Source: a virus. From it: 64,000 bases of DNA. Below the pieces are notes generated by a model. The model did not search any database, was not told the DNA's origin, and saw only the letters and a list, made by a program, of their open reading frames with translations. The position numbers and the translations under genes were made by a program. Shown piece by piece: positions 31,322 through 41,896 of the stretch; position 1 is the stretch's first letter; each line of letters opens with the position of its first letter. The stretch covers positions 37,735-101,734 of IMG/VR virus record IMGVR_UViG_3300023179_006727, one strand, 5' to 3'.

Positions 31322-32422
31322 ATGTTTGATGCTATTAAGCCATTGCTTGATAACGGAATCATTAATGAAGACACAGGTCGTGCTATAAACGAGGCTTGGG
31401 AGTCAAAATTGAATGAGGCACGTGAGCAAGTACGTGCTGAATTGCGTGAAGAATACGCAAGAAAGTACGAGCATGATAAAAATGTAATGGTTGAAGCCCT
31501 TGACAAGATGGTATCAGTAGGCTTACAAGCTGAGATTGCTGAATTTCATGAAGAGCGTAAAGCTATGAATGAGGACAGAGTAAAAGCAAAAGTTGCTTTA
31601 CGTGAGAATGCACGTAAGTTCAATGATTTTATGGTAACAAAATTAGCAGAAGAAATCAAGGAATTACGTTCTGATCGTCAAACTCAGATGGAAGGTCGTC
31701 AAAAATTAGAGCAGTTTGTTGTACATGCACTTGCACGTGAAATTAAAGAATTTAGTGAAGATAAAAAACAAGTTGTAGAAGCTAAGGTTAAGTTAGTGGC
31801 TGAAGCAAGAAAGCAACTTGAAGCATTAAAAGCAAAATTTATTTCAGAAAGTGCTAAACGTGTCAACGAAAGTGTTACTAAACATCTTAAGGGTGAAATT
31901 AGTCAATTAAAAGAAGATATCAAAGTTGCCACAGAAAACAATTTTGGTCGTCGTCTATTTGAAGCATTTGCTACAGAATTTAGTGCAACGCATCTTAATG
32001 AGAAAGCAGAAACACGTAAATTATTGTCACAAATTGTAGAAAAAGACAAAAAATTGGCTGAGTCCATTGCTGAAGTTAAGAAAGCTAAAACTTTAGTTGA
32101 GAGTAAAGAGCGTGAAGTTCGCATTATTAAGGAAAGTAATCTTCGTGAAAAGGCCATGACAGAATTGTTAGGTACATTAAATGAGGAAAAAGCTAGCGTA
32201 ATGAAGGGCTTGCTCGAAAGTGTGCAGACAAGTAAGCTAAAGTCTGCATATGATAAGTATTTGCCTGCTGTACTAAATCATGGAACAGAAAAACCTACTG
32301 TAAAAAAGCAAGTAATTTCTGAAAGTGTAGTAACAGGTAATAAAACTGCCGTTAAACAAGATGTTGAAGTCGAAGAAGAACGTGATAACGTCATTGCGAT
32401 CAAACGTTTGGCAGGGCTTTAA
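31322..32422 (+). CDS. gp22: Prohead core scaffold protein
   Basis: Coiled-coil, Glu/Lys-rich; between protease and capsid genes. Confidence 0.8.
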   Translation: MFDAIKPLLDNGIINEDTGRAINEAWESKLNEAREQVRAELREEYARKYEHDKNVMVEALDKMVSVGLQAEIAEFHEERKAMNEDRVKAKVALRENARKFNDFMVTKLAEEIKELRSDRQTQMEGRQKLEQFVVHALAREIKEFSEDKKQVVEAKVKLVAEARKQLEALKAKFISESAKRVNESVTKHLKGEISQLKEDIKVATENNFGRRLFEAFATEFSATHLNEKAETRKLLSQIVEKDKKLAESIAEVKKAKTLVESKEREVRIIKESNLREKAMTELLGTLNEEKASVMKGLLESVQTSKLKSAYDKYLPAVLNHGTEKPTVKKQVISESVVTGNKTAVKQDVEVEEERDNVIAIKRLAGL

Positions 32423-32450
32423 TTTGACATATTACAGGAGATAAGAAAAA

Positions 32451-33662
32451 ATGTCTAAAGTATTATTAGAGAGCCGTTGGGGTGAAACAAAAGAAGCCCT
32501 TCTAGAAGGTCTCAAAGGAACTCGTCGTTCAACAATGGGTGTCATTCTTGAAAACACTCGCAAGCAGTTACTTGCTGAATCTTCAGCAGGTACAACTACA
32601 GCAGGTAACATTGCAACACTTAATCGTGTTATTCTTCCCGTTATCCGCCGTGTTATGCCAACCGTTATTGCTAATGAGTTGGTTGGTGTTCAGCCCATGA
32701 CAGGACCCGTAGGTCAAATTCATACACTACGTGTTCGTTATGCAAATAATATGAACGATACAAGCGCAGCACAAACAAGTGTTGTTGCAGGTGAAGAAGC
32801 ATTGTCACCATTCAAGATTGCTCAAGCATATTCTTCAGCAAGTAGTACAACTGCAGGTGTGGTTAACACAAACCAAACACGTTATACTGCGGCAGATACA
32901 AGTGTTCTTGAAGGTAGTGGTGGTCGTCAAATCAGCGTACAGATCTTACGTCAGGCTGTTGAAGCTAAGTCACGTAAGTTACAAGCACGTTGGACATTTG
33001 AGGCTGCACAAGATGCACAGTCACAGCATGGCATTGATGTTGAAGCTGAAATCATGGCAGCACTTGCGCAAGAAATTACTGCTGAAATTGATCAAGAAAT
33101 TCTCTTATCATTACGCAGTCTTGCAGCTACAGAATTCACATACAATCAAGCAACCGTTTCAGGTACAGCTACATTTGTAGGTGATGAGCATGCAGCATTA
33201 GCAGTATTAATTAATCGTGTTGCCAATTTAATTGCTCAGCGTACACGTCGTGGTGCAGGTAATTGGGCAGTTGTTTCAAGCGAGAGTTTAACAATTCTCC
33301 AAAGTGCAACAACATCAGCATTTGCACGTACTACAGAGGGTACTTTTGAAGCACCAACAAATACAAAATTAGTTGGTACATTAAATAATGCAATGCGTGT
33401 TTTTGTTGATAGCTATGCTCCAACAGGTACAGCAGTTCTTGTTGGTTATAAAGGTTCAAGTGAAACAGATGCAGCAGCATTCTATTGCCCATATATTCCA
33501 TTAATGAGCAGTGGTGTTGTTTTAGATCCAACAACATTCGAACCCGTAGTCTCGTTCATGACTCGTTATGGATATATCGAGTTAACGAATACAGCATCAT
33601 CATTTGGTAATGCTGCTGACTATGTTGGTGAAATTGCTGTTCAAAATGTAAGTTTTCAGTAA
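32451..33662 (+). CDS. gp23: Major capsid protein
   Basis: RRVMP..IANELVGVQPMTGP.G, AKSRKLQARWT.E.AQD, AEIDQEI, FYCPYIPL, FMTRYG; GGAG RBS. Confidence 0.97.
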   Translation: MSKVLLESRWGETKEALLEGLKGTRRSTMGVILENTRKQLLAESSAGTTTAGNIATLNRVILPVIRRVMPTVIANELVGVQPMTGPVGQIHTLRVRYANNMNDTSAAQTSVVAGEEALSPFKIAQAYSSASSTTAGVVNTNQTRYTAADTSVLEGSGGRQISVQILRQAVEAKSRKLQARWTFEAAQDAQSQHGIDVEAEIMAALAQEITAEIDQEILLSLRSLAATEFTYNQATVSGTATFVGDEHAALAVLINRVANLIAQRTRRGAGNWAVVSSESLTILQSATTSAFARTTEGTFEAPTNTKLVGTLNNAMRVFVDSYAPTGTAVLVGYKGSSETDAAAFYCPYIPLMSSGVVLDPTTFEPVVSFMTRYGYIELTNTASSFGNAADYVGEIAVQNVSFQ

Positions 33663-33730
33663 AATCAGTTATTTACAAAATTTTTTGAAAATAACTTACC
33701 AACAAAAGGGGCACGAAAGTGCCCTTTTTT
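33654..33730 (+). repeat. 77-bp direct repeat copy 1 (last capsid codons, stop codon and terminator)
   Basis: Identical to 35358-35434. Confidence 0.95.
33704..33730 (+). terminator. Rho-independent terminator after the capsid gene (duplicated at 35408-35435)
   Basis: GGGCAC-GAAA-GTGCCC followed by T6. Confidence 0.9.
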
Positions 33731-33774
33731 ATTGACATTTTTTCTAAAAAACGATATATACATCTTTAATTCAA

Positions 33775-35319
33775 ATGTTATTGGATCAAGATATGAAAGA
33801 TAAAATTGTAGAAATTGTTGAGAAATACTCCAAGCATTACGTTAGGATGATTAAAAACAGAGAAGAATTAATGACATGGGTAGTGACTCATAGCAAAGTT
33901 AGTAGTGATGATATTGGGTTACTAATTTATAGTGCATTAAATGATGTTAGTAATGTGTGTCCATATGGCAAGGAAAAAAAGTTTGGTGGACTTTCAGTAG
34001 GTTTGCGCAATTGCGGATCATCTAAAGTTTGCCAATGTACACGTGAGCAAGTATCAAAATCGGTAATTCAAACTAAAAAAACGATTACTGAAGAACAACA
34101 AAAAAAAATTAATATAAAAAGGGCAAAAACTAATTTAGAAAAATATGGTGTTGAAAATATTGGACAAACAAATTTGGCTAAATTAAAGCATCGTGAATTT
34201 TATTTGACCCATGAAAATAAGAAAAATACCATTGAGTCAAAAAGCGCAAAACAGATTGGATATGAAAAGTTTAAAGGTTATATAGATAAACAATACAATT
34301 TTAAACTTTTGACCACTTTAGAAGAATATCGGGGTATACGTCAAAAAGATGCCTATGAGTACTTATTTCAGTGTAACATTTGTAAAGATATAGTATCATA
34401 TCGATTCTATCATAAACGAGGTATTACTTGTGACAAATGTAATCCTAAAAAACCTTTATATACAAGTCATGAAGAACAATCGATTTTTGATTATATAACA
34501 CAGGATTTAAAAGTTAATGGTGTACAAAGTGACAAAAAGCTTATAAATCCGTATGAATTAGATATGGTATTTCATGAATATAAAATTGCTATTGAATATT
34601 GTGGATTATATTGGCATAGTGAATTAAGTTCAGGAAAGCATAGAAACTATCATAAAACCAAAATGGAATTAGTCAATGAGTTAGGATACAGATTAATTAC
34701 TATCTTTTCCGATGAATGGTTAAACAAAAAAGAAATTGTTAAGAAAAGATTACAGCATATTTTCAACAAAAGTACAAGTAAGCAGTATGCAAGAAATTTA
34801 AAGGTTGTTGAGATAACAAACACAGACGCAAAGTCCTTTTTAAATCAATATCACATTCAAGGTTATACGATTGCTCCAATAAAATTGGGATTAGTAGACA
34901 ATTATGGAAAATTATTTGCTTTGATGACGTTTTCAAAAGGTAGAGCATCATTAAATTCAAGTGATGAATACGAATTAGTACGCTATGTGACAAATGGGAC
35001 AGTTGTTGGGGGTGCAGGAAAGTTATTGAAATATTTTACGAAGCTTTACAATCCTAAAAAAATAGCTACTTATGCTGATTTACGTTGGAGTCAGGGTAAT
35101 TTATATAAGGTGTTAGGTTTTAATAGAGTTGGTGATGCAAAAGTTGGATATTGGTACGTTGAAAATTATAATAAAAGATTGCATCGATATAATTTTACTA
35201 AGCATAAGTTAGTTAGAATGGGAGCAAATTCATTACTTACAGAATGGAAAATAATGCAAAATTTAAATTATGACCGAATTTGGGATTGCGGTCATCAAAA
35301 ATTTGAATTAATATTATAA
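33775..35319 (+). CDS. Free-standing homing endonuclease, Hef-like PD-(D/E)XK
   Basis: NLEKYGVEN motif; zinc ribbon CNIC..CDKC; YELD......IAIEYCGLYWHS; FLNQYHIQG; YELVRY; YADLRWS.GNLY; IWDCG. Confidence 0.78.
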   Translation: MLLDQDMKDKIVEIVEKYSKHYVRMIKNREELMTWVVTHSKVSSDDIGLLIYSALNDVSNVCPYGKEKKFGGLSVGLRNCGSSKVCQCTREQVSKSVIQTKKTITEEQQKKINIKRAKTNLEKYGVENIGQTNLAKLKHREFYLTHENKKNTIESKSAKQIGYEKFKGYIDKQYNFKLLTTLEEYRGIRQKDAYEYLFQCNICKDIVSYRFYHKRGITCDKCNPKKPLYTSHEEQSIFDYITQDLKVNGVQSDKKLINPYELDMVFHEYKIAIEYCGLYWHSELSSGKHRNYHKTKMELVNELGYRLITIFSDEWLNKKEIVKKRLQHIFNKSTSKQYARNLKVVEITNTDAKSFLNQYHIQGYTIAPIKLGLVDNYGKLFALMTFSKGRASLNSSDEYELVRYVTNGTVVGGAGKLLKYFTKLYNPKKIATYADLRWSQGNLYKVLGFNRVGDAKVGYWYVENYNKRLHRYNFTKHKLVRMGANSLLTEWKIMQNLNYDRIWDCGHQKFELIL

Positions 35320-35357
35320 CGATTTGAAGTTTTTCAATTTATCATATGGATATATCA

Positions 35358-35434
35358 TTTCAGTAAAATCAGTTATTTACAAAATTTTTTGAAAATAACT
35401 TACCAACAAAAGGGGCACGAAAGTGCCCTTTTTT
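35358..35434 (+). repeat. 77-bp direct repeat copy 2, preceded by a 12-bp capsid remnant
   Basis: Identical to 33654-33730. TATGGATATATC at 35345-35356 equals capsid 33567-33578. Confidence 0.95.
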
Positions 35435-35537
35435 TAATTTTAGTATTTTAAGAATAAAATTTATTTCTAATTATTGAAACAGTTTATATTTAAAAATAAA
35501 TAAATAATTAGAGAATGTTAATATTTTGGGGATAAAA

Positions 35538-36131
35538 ATGGCAGAATGGGTATTAGTTGAAAATAATGAAATTATTGAATATCATGATAAATTGCCTAGG
35601 AATTGGAGAAATATTTCGGGATTACATCTGTCTATTAATGATACAGTTTTTTTAAAATCTTTAGGTTGGTTCAAGGTACAAAAAATTGCTTTGGATAATG
35701 GGCAAGTGGTATCTCATTATGATTATTCAATTTGTGATGATTATGTTTTAGAAACTCCTATTTATAAAATTTTTTCTGCAGAAGACAATTACAATATACA
35801 ACAGCATGATTTAAATCTTTTATTAGAATATGTTAGATCTGAACGTAATAAAAAATTGTTAGAATCAGATTATACACAATTAACAGATGTTATTGAAAAA
35901 CATACAGATAATGAAAAATTAGCATGGAAAACTTATAGACAAGCTTTACGTGATTTTCCTGCCACAGTACATATTGGAAATAATGTACAGAATTTGAATT
36001 GGCCTAATTTTGATAATATTCTTTTAGATTTAGAGATTAATGTTCAAAATGAGATTATTATTCAAGAAAGTATAGAAGAAAATATTCAAAATGCAGAAAA
36101 TAATCAAGAAAGTATAGAGTCTAGTATTTGA
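35538..36131 (+). CDS. Tail fibre assembly chaperone-like protein
   Basis: VRSERNKKLLESDYTQLTD...AWKTYRQALRDFP...NWP. ATG start (MAEW) preferred over TTG. Confidence 0.72.
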   Translation: MAEWVLVENNEIIEYHDKLPRNWRNISGLHLSINDTVFLKSLGWFKVQKIALDNGQVVSHYDYSICDDYVLETPIYKIFSAEDNYNIQQHDLNLLLEYVRSERNKKLLESDYTQLTDVIEKHTDNEKLAWKTYRQALRDFPATVHIGNNVQNLNWPNFDNILLDLEINVQNEIIIQESIEENIQNAENNQESIESSI

Positions 36132-36154
36132 AAAAAAATGAGTATAAATACTAA

Positions 36155-39100
36155 ATGTTATTAGCTACCTTAATACAAACAGGAACATATTTTCCTCCTG
36201 CCCCAGGTAAGCTCTTATACCTTTGGGGCAATAACACTTATGGACAATTAGGTGATGGTACTACAGTAAGTAAATCATCACCTGTTTTAGTTCCTACTTC
36301 ATCATGGAAACAAGTATCGGTTAATAGATTTTACACCGCTGCTATTCGTTCTGATAATTTATTGTTTGCTTGGGGTAGAAATAATTATGGACAGTTAGGA
36401 GATGGCACAACAGTAAACAAGTCATCACCTGTACAAATTGGTTCTTCACAATGGAAATCAGTTTCGGTTGCTACATCTAATACTACTGCGATTGATAATA
36501 ATAATAATTTGTTTATATGGGGAGCAGGTGTATCTGTAGGTGATAATTATTTTTTAATCCCTTATAAAATAAAGCAACCATCGGGTTCAACATATATTGA
36601 TTCTAGTTGGACAATGGTTAGTGTTGGTCCTTCCCATACTGCTGCTATTCGTTCTGATGGAATATTATTTACGTGGGGGTTCAATAACAATGGACAATTA
36701 GGTGACGGAACTACGGTAACTCGAACTTACCCAACTCAAATTGGCAATTTAAGTTGGAACATGGTAAGTGCAGGTGGATTACCTTCTAATAGCACTGAGT
36801 ACACATTAGGTATAACAAGTAATGGGTTACTTTATTCTTGGGGATATGGTGGTAATGGTGCTACAGCAGATGGTGATTTTTATAATCCAAATGTTATCAA
36901 ATTTCAAGTGGGAACAAGCTATATAGATTATAGTTGGACAGCCTTATCTTCAAGGGGTTCTAATTTTGTTCTTGCAGTTAGAAATGATGGACTGTTATTT
37001 TCTTGGGGCAGAAATCAATATGGTCAATTAGGTGATGGTACTACTGTTAATAAATCTACTCCTGTTCAAATTGGTAGTAGTAGTTGGATAGCTGTATCAA
37101 CAGGATCTCTACATGCCTTAGCTATACGCAGTGGTGGAACATTATTTTCTTGGGGCAGAAATAATTATGGACAGTTAGGAGATAGTACTACTGTTAATAA
37201 ATCATCACCTGTACAGATTGGTAGTAGTAGTTGGACAACTATTAGTGCATATGGTACTGTTAGTACAGGTATTAGTAACAATAATCTTTTTGTATGGGGA
37301 TTTAACGGCACGGGGTTTCGTTTGGGTTTAGGTGATGGCACAACAACAAATAGATCATCCCCCGTTCAAATCGGAGATCCTGCGATAAGTTGGCAAACTG
37401 CAGTTGCAGGTGGATATCAATCAGCGACATTGAATTCTACCAATCTATTATATACATGGGGTAGAAATAATCGAGGTCAATTAGGTAGCGGCTCTACAGT
37501 TAATAGATCATCCCTTGTACAAGTTGGTGGTAGTAGTTGGACAGCTTTAAGTATGGGCATGAGTCATACTGTAGGTATTCGTTCAGATGGAATATTATTT
37601 GCTTGGGGATTAAATAATTTTGGACAATTAGGAGATGGTACTGGAATTAGTAGATCTTCCCCTGTACAAATTGGTAGTAGTAGTTGGATTGCTGTACGTG
37701 CAGGATCATATCACACTGTTGCAATAAGAAGTGGTGGAACATTATTTACTTGGGGTAGCAATTTTTTATCACAATTGGGAGACGGAAATTCACAAGGTAC
37801 GACTGTGATCTCGCCCGTACAAATTGGTAGCAGTAGTTGGACAGCGATAGCTGCAGGTTCAACTTTTAGTGCAGGTATATCGGATGGATTATTATATGCA
37901 TGGGGATATAATTCAAACGGACAAATTGCAGTAAGTGGTTCAACCCAAATATATAATTGGATAAGTACTAGTTCGGGTACTGATATGCATGCTGCGATTC
38001 GTAGTGATGGTTATTTATTTGCATGGGGTTTAAATTCATATGGTCGATTAGGTGATGGCACGACTATTAATAAATCATCACCTGTACAAATTGGTAGTAG
38101 TAGTTGGATTGCAGTTAGTGTGGGACAAAACTTTACTTCTGCAATACAAAGTGGTGGTACATTATTTACATGGGGGAGAAATACTTTTGGGCAATTAGGT
38201 GATGGTACTACAGTCGATAAATCATCACCTGTACAAATTGGTAGCAGTAGTTGGACAAGCGTTGCAGCAGGTGGTAGTCATGTTGTTGCAATTCGTTCTG
38301 ATGGTTTATTATTTGCTTGGGGTAACAATAATTTAGGACGATTGGGTGATGGTACTACTGTTAATAAATCATCTCCCGTACAAATTGGTAGTAGTAGTTG
38401 GACTGCGGTATCAGGCGGAAGAAATCATACAATTGCTATTAGAAGCGGCGGAACATTGTTCGGATGGGGGGATGGAACTTTTGGACAATTAGGATACGGA
38501 TCTACACTTAGGTTAGAACCAGGTCTTCTTAGTTACCCGCAAGACACAGCAAGTTGGACAAGCGTTGCATCAGGTGCTAGTCATGTTGTTGCAATTCGTT
38601 CTGATGGTTTATTATTTGCTTGGGGTAACAATAATTATGGACAATTAGGTGATGGCACAAATATAACCCGTAGTGTTCCAACACAAATCGGCAATGATAG
38701 TTGGACTGTAATCGGGGCGGGTCGAAGAATATCAGCAGGAATTAATAGTAACGGTATAGTATATACGTGGGGATATAATACTAACGGTGAGTTAGGAAGT
38801 GGTGATACAACAAGTAGGAACGCTCCTGGAACACTTGCGTCAGGATTTAATAGTAGATCCGCAACAAGATTAGGAGTCGGAGCTAATCATATGATGGCAT
38901 ACTTTCCTACACTAGGTGATGTTTACGGTTGGGGAGTTGGCTTTAATGGGCAATTGGGAACAGGAAGTAGTGGCATTACCTATCGCCTATCAACACCTAC
39001 GCTCTTAGGTTTAGGTGGGGGTGAACCCCAAAAAATTTCATTAGGTGATCGTTTCTCATTAGTTTTAATTAGTAATGGTACTTTATTTGGAACAGGTTTA

Positions 39101-41896
39101 AATACTTATGGACAAATGAGTTCAGGAAATACAACGCAGCGAAATGTTTGGGCATCTATAGGCACGTCAATAGTATATAACGATATAGCAGCAGGTAAGG
39201 GGCATGCATTAGGTATAAGATCAACAGGTCAATTATTTGCATGGGGGAGAAATGATTTTGGGCAATTAGGTGATGGTACTACTATTAATAGACTTTCAAT
39301 GGTTTCAATTGGAGCAAGTAGTTGGTCAGCAGTTGGATCAGGTATTTATGCTAATACTTCATTAGCTATCAGAAGTGGAGGAACATTATTTAGTTGGGGA
39401 TTAAATTCATGGGGTCAATTAGGTGATGGTACTCAAATTAGTAAATCATCACCCGTACAAATTGGTAGCAGTAGTTGGATAGCAGTATCTGCGGGCGGTT
39501 TAAATTCTGTAGCTATACGAAGTGGTGGTACATTATTTACTTGGGGTTCAAATTCATATAGTCAATTAGGTACCAATTTGTCCCAAGTTTCTCCTGTGCA
39601 AGTAGGAAGTAGTAGTTGGACAGCGATAGCTGCAGGTTCAAATTTTAGTCTTGGAATAACAAATAATAATGCACTTTATGCATGGGGAAGAAATAATAAA
39701 AGTCAATTAGGCGTAGGTATTGTTCCCCTTACCGAACAATATACTCCTTTACAAGTAGGATTAGGTAATAGTTGGACAGCGATAGCAGCAGGTAATTATT
39801 TTAGTGCAGGTATAGATACTAATGGGTATTTGTACATGTGGGGTCAAGGAAATTACGGACAGTTAGGTTTAGGTAATCCTCCTATAAGTATATCTGTCAA
39901 CCAAAGAGTTATTACGCAAGTAAAATTAGGTTTAAATAATATTTTTTCTTCAGTACAATGTGGTGGCTATGGCACCTCTGCAATAGATAGCAATAATAAA
40001 TTATATGTATGGGGTAATGGCGGCAATGGTGCGAACGGTCAAAATTTAAATAATATACGCATAATTTTTAGACCATTACAAATTGGTGGTTCAAGCACTT
40101 TGCTTGGTGCAACATTTAATTCACCAACCTTAATAAATTCTTCTTCGTGGACTGCCTTATCAAGTAGCTCTGATTTTGTAGTAGGTATTAGTAGTGATAA
40201 TAAATTATTTACTTGGGGCAATAATTCGTATGGACAATTAGGCAATAATACTAAAGCTATACAATGGACAAATGTAGGGCCAAGCGCATTTCTAAAAAAT
40301 GGTTTATTATATGCATGGGGAGCAAATACTTACGGTCAATTAGGTGATGGTACTACAGTAAATAAATCTTCACCCGTACAAATTGGTAGCAGTAGTTGGA
40401 CTGCGGTAGCATTGTCTGCAGTTAATACCCAAATTTTAAATAATCGGTTTGCATTACAAACATTTGCAATACGAAGTGATGGATTATTATTTGCATGGGG
40501 ATTAAATAATTTTGGGCAATTAGGTGATGGTACGACTGTTAATAAATCATCACCGGTTCAAATTGGTAGTTCCTCATGGTCTGTAGTAGCAGGTGGCATG
40601 TACCACACTGTTGGTATTACTATTAATAATAAGTTATTTACATGGGGAAGAAATAATTATGGACAACTAGGGGATGGTACTACGGTTAATAAATCTTCCC
40701 CTGTGCAAATTGGTAGTAATGATTGGGGAATAGTTTCTGCAGGCCGTGGACTTTCTCATGCTATACGATCTGATAATCTTTTGTTTGGATGGGGAGGCAA
40801 TAATACTACTGCGGGATTCATAGGTGATAACACAACGATAAGTAGATCCTCACCTGTGCAAATTGGTAGCAGTAGTTGGACAACAGTTTCGTCTTCATCC
40901 TATGGAGCTAGTGCTATACGAAGTGGTGGTACATTATTTACATGGGGTTTAAATTCATATGGTCAATTAGGTGATGGTACTACTGTTAATAAATCTTCGC
41001 CCGTACAAGTTGATAGTAGTAGTTGGGTTGCAGTAAGTAGTGGTTGGCAACACTGTTTAGGAATTAAAGCTGGTACTAATGTTGCGGTTGGAGTATTGCT
41101 TGCTTGGGGCAGAAATCAATATGGTCAATTAGGTGATGGTACTACAGTAAATAAATCTACTCCTGTTCAAATTGGTAGTACAACAGAAGTCGATGCTCCA
41201 ACTTATACTAGTTGGATTATGATTTCAGCTAGGAGTGACAACTCATCTGGATTAAAACAAAATAATGTATTATATTTTTGGGGAAAAAATAATATTTCTC
41301 AAGTAGGGGATGGTACTACTATTAATAGACTAAATCCTTTTTTAATTCCTTATGTAAATCAAGAATTACAATCTTCATTCTTACAAAGTTTTAGTGGATC
41401 TCCTGTACAAATTGGTAATAGTAGTTGGACAGCAGTCAGTGCAGGCAACGCACATGTTGGTGCAATACGAAATGATAATTTGCTTTTTTCATGGGGATTA
41501 AATAATTTTGGGCAATTAGGTGATGGCACTACAGTAAATAAATCTTCACCCGTACAAATTGGTAGCAGTAGTTGGGCTACAATATCGGCAGGTTACAGAC
41601 ATACTGTAGCCACAACAAACAATGGCGCTTTATTTTCTTGGGGATTAAATAATTTCGGGCAATTAGGCGATGGTACTACTGTTAATAAATCATCACCTGT
41701 CTTTATTGCAGGAACTTATCAATCAAGTCTTAGATCTTGGAAATTTGTAAATACAGGTCAAGATTCTACTCTTGCTATTGATAATACCGATAAATTATAT
41801 GCTTGGGATTTGGTGTACCTAATGCAACAACGGGAATGCCGCAATTTACTGCATCAACAATTGATACAAGCAATCCATATCCTATTCGAACACTGA
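36155..41896 (+). CDS. Giant RCC1/BLIP-II beta-propeller protein, 5' part (37 blades)
   Basis: Repeats LF.WG.N..GQLGDGTTVNKSSPVQIG...W..VSAG..HT.AI. Repeat sense is lost after YAW at 41806. TATAAATA at 36143. Confidence 0.9.
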   Translation: MLLATLIQTGTYFPPAPGKLLYLWGNNTYGQLGDGTTVSKSSPVLVPTSSWKQVSVNRFYTAAIRSDNLLFAWGRNNYGQLGDGTTVNKSSPVQIGSSQWKSVSVATSNTTAIDNNNNLFIWGAGVSVGDNYFLIPYKIKQPSGSTYIDSSWTMVSVGPSHTAAIRSDGILFTWGFNNNGQLGDGTTVTRTYPTQIGNLSWNMVSAGGLPSNSTEYTLGITSNGLLYSWGYGGNGATADGDFYNPNVIKFQVGTSYIDYSWTALSSRGSNFVLAVRNDGLLFSWGRNQYGQLGDGTTVNKSTPVQIGSSSWIAVSTGSLHALAIRSGGTLFSWGRNNYGQLGDSTTVNKSSPVQIGSSSWTTISAYGTVSTGISNNNLFVWGFNGTGFRLGLGDGTTTNRSSPVQIGDPAISWQTAVAGGYQSATLNSTNLLYTWGRNNRGQLGSGSTVNRSSLVQVGGSSWTALSMGMSHTVGIRSDGILFAWGLNNFGQLGDGTGISRSSPVQIGSSSWIAVRAGSYHTVAIRSGGTLFTWGSNFLSQLGDGNSQGTTVISPVQIGSSSWTAIAAGSTFSAGISDGLLYAWGYNSNGQIAVSGSTQIYNWISTSSGTDMHAAIRSDGYLFAWGLNSYGRLGDGTTINKSSPVQIGSSSWIAVSVGQNFTSAIQSGGTLFTWGRNTFGQLGDGTTVDKSSPVQIGSSSWTSVAAGGSHVVAIRSDGLLFAWGNNNLGRLGDGTTVNKSSPVQIGSSSWTAVSGGRNHTIAIRSGGTLFGWGDGTFGQLGYGSTLRLEPGLLSYPQDTASWTSVASGASHVVAIRSDGLLFAWGNNNYGQLGDGTNITRSVPTQIGNDSWTVIGAGRRISAGINSNGIVYTWGYNTNGELGSGDTTSRNAPGTLASGFNSRSATRLGVGANHMMAYFPTLGDVYGWGVGFNGQLGTGSSGITYRLSTPTLLGLGGGEPQKISLGDRFSLVLISNGTLFGTGLNTYGQMSSGNTTQRNVWASIGTSIVYNDIAAGKGHALGIRSTGQLFAWGRNDFGQLGDGTTINRLSMVSIGASSWSAVGSGIYANTSLAIRSGGTLFSWGLNSWGQLGDGTQISKSSPVQIGSSSWIAVSAGGLNSVAIRSGGTLFTWGSNSYSQLGTNLSQVSPVQVGSSSWTAIAAGSNFSLGITNNNALYAWGRNNKSQLGVGIVPLTEQYTPLQVGLGNSWTAIAAGNYFSAGIDTNGYLYMWGQGNYGQLGLGNPPISISVNQRVITQVKLGLNNIFSSVQCGGYGTSAIDSNNKLYVWGNGGNGANGQNLNNIRIIFRPLQIGGSSTLLGATFNSPTLINSSSWTALSSSSDFVVGISSDNKLFTWGNNSYGQLGNNTKAIQWTNVGPSAFLKNGLLYAWGANTYGQLGDGTTVNKSSPVQIGSSSWTAVALSAVNTQILNNRFALQTFAIRSDGLLFAWGLNNFGQLGDGTTVNKSSPVQIGSSSWSVVAGGMYHTVGITINNKLFTWGRNNYGQLGDGTTVNKSSPVQIGSNDWGIVSAGRGLSHAIRSDNLLFGWGGNNTTAGFIGDNTTISRSSPVQIGSSSWTTVSSSSYGASAIRSGGTLFTWGLNSYGQLGDGTTVNKSSPVQVDSSSWVAVSSGWQHCLGIKAGTNVAVGVLLAWGRNQYGQLGDGTTVNKSTPVQIGSTTEVDAPTYTSWIMISARSDNSSGLKQNNVLYFWGKNNISQVGDGTTINRLNPFLIPYVNQELQSSFLQSFSGSPVQIGNSSWTAVSAGNAHVGAIRNDNLLFSWGLNNFGQLGDGTTVNKSSPVQIGSSSWATISAGYRHTVATTNNGALFSWGLNNFGQLGDGTTVNKSSPVFIAGTYQSSLRSWKFVNTGQDSTLAIDNTDKLYAWDLVYLMQQRECRNLLHQQLIQAIHILFEH

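Noticed and set aside
33732-33762. Sigma70 promoter for the endonuclease (perfect TTGACA)
   Set aside because: No good TAnnnT at 16-18 bp spacing, so it was not called.
33654-35434. Insertion sequence or integrase-driven island
   Set aside because: No transposase, integrase or terminal inverted repeats; the cargo has homing-endonuclease motifs.
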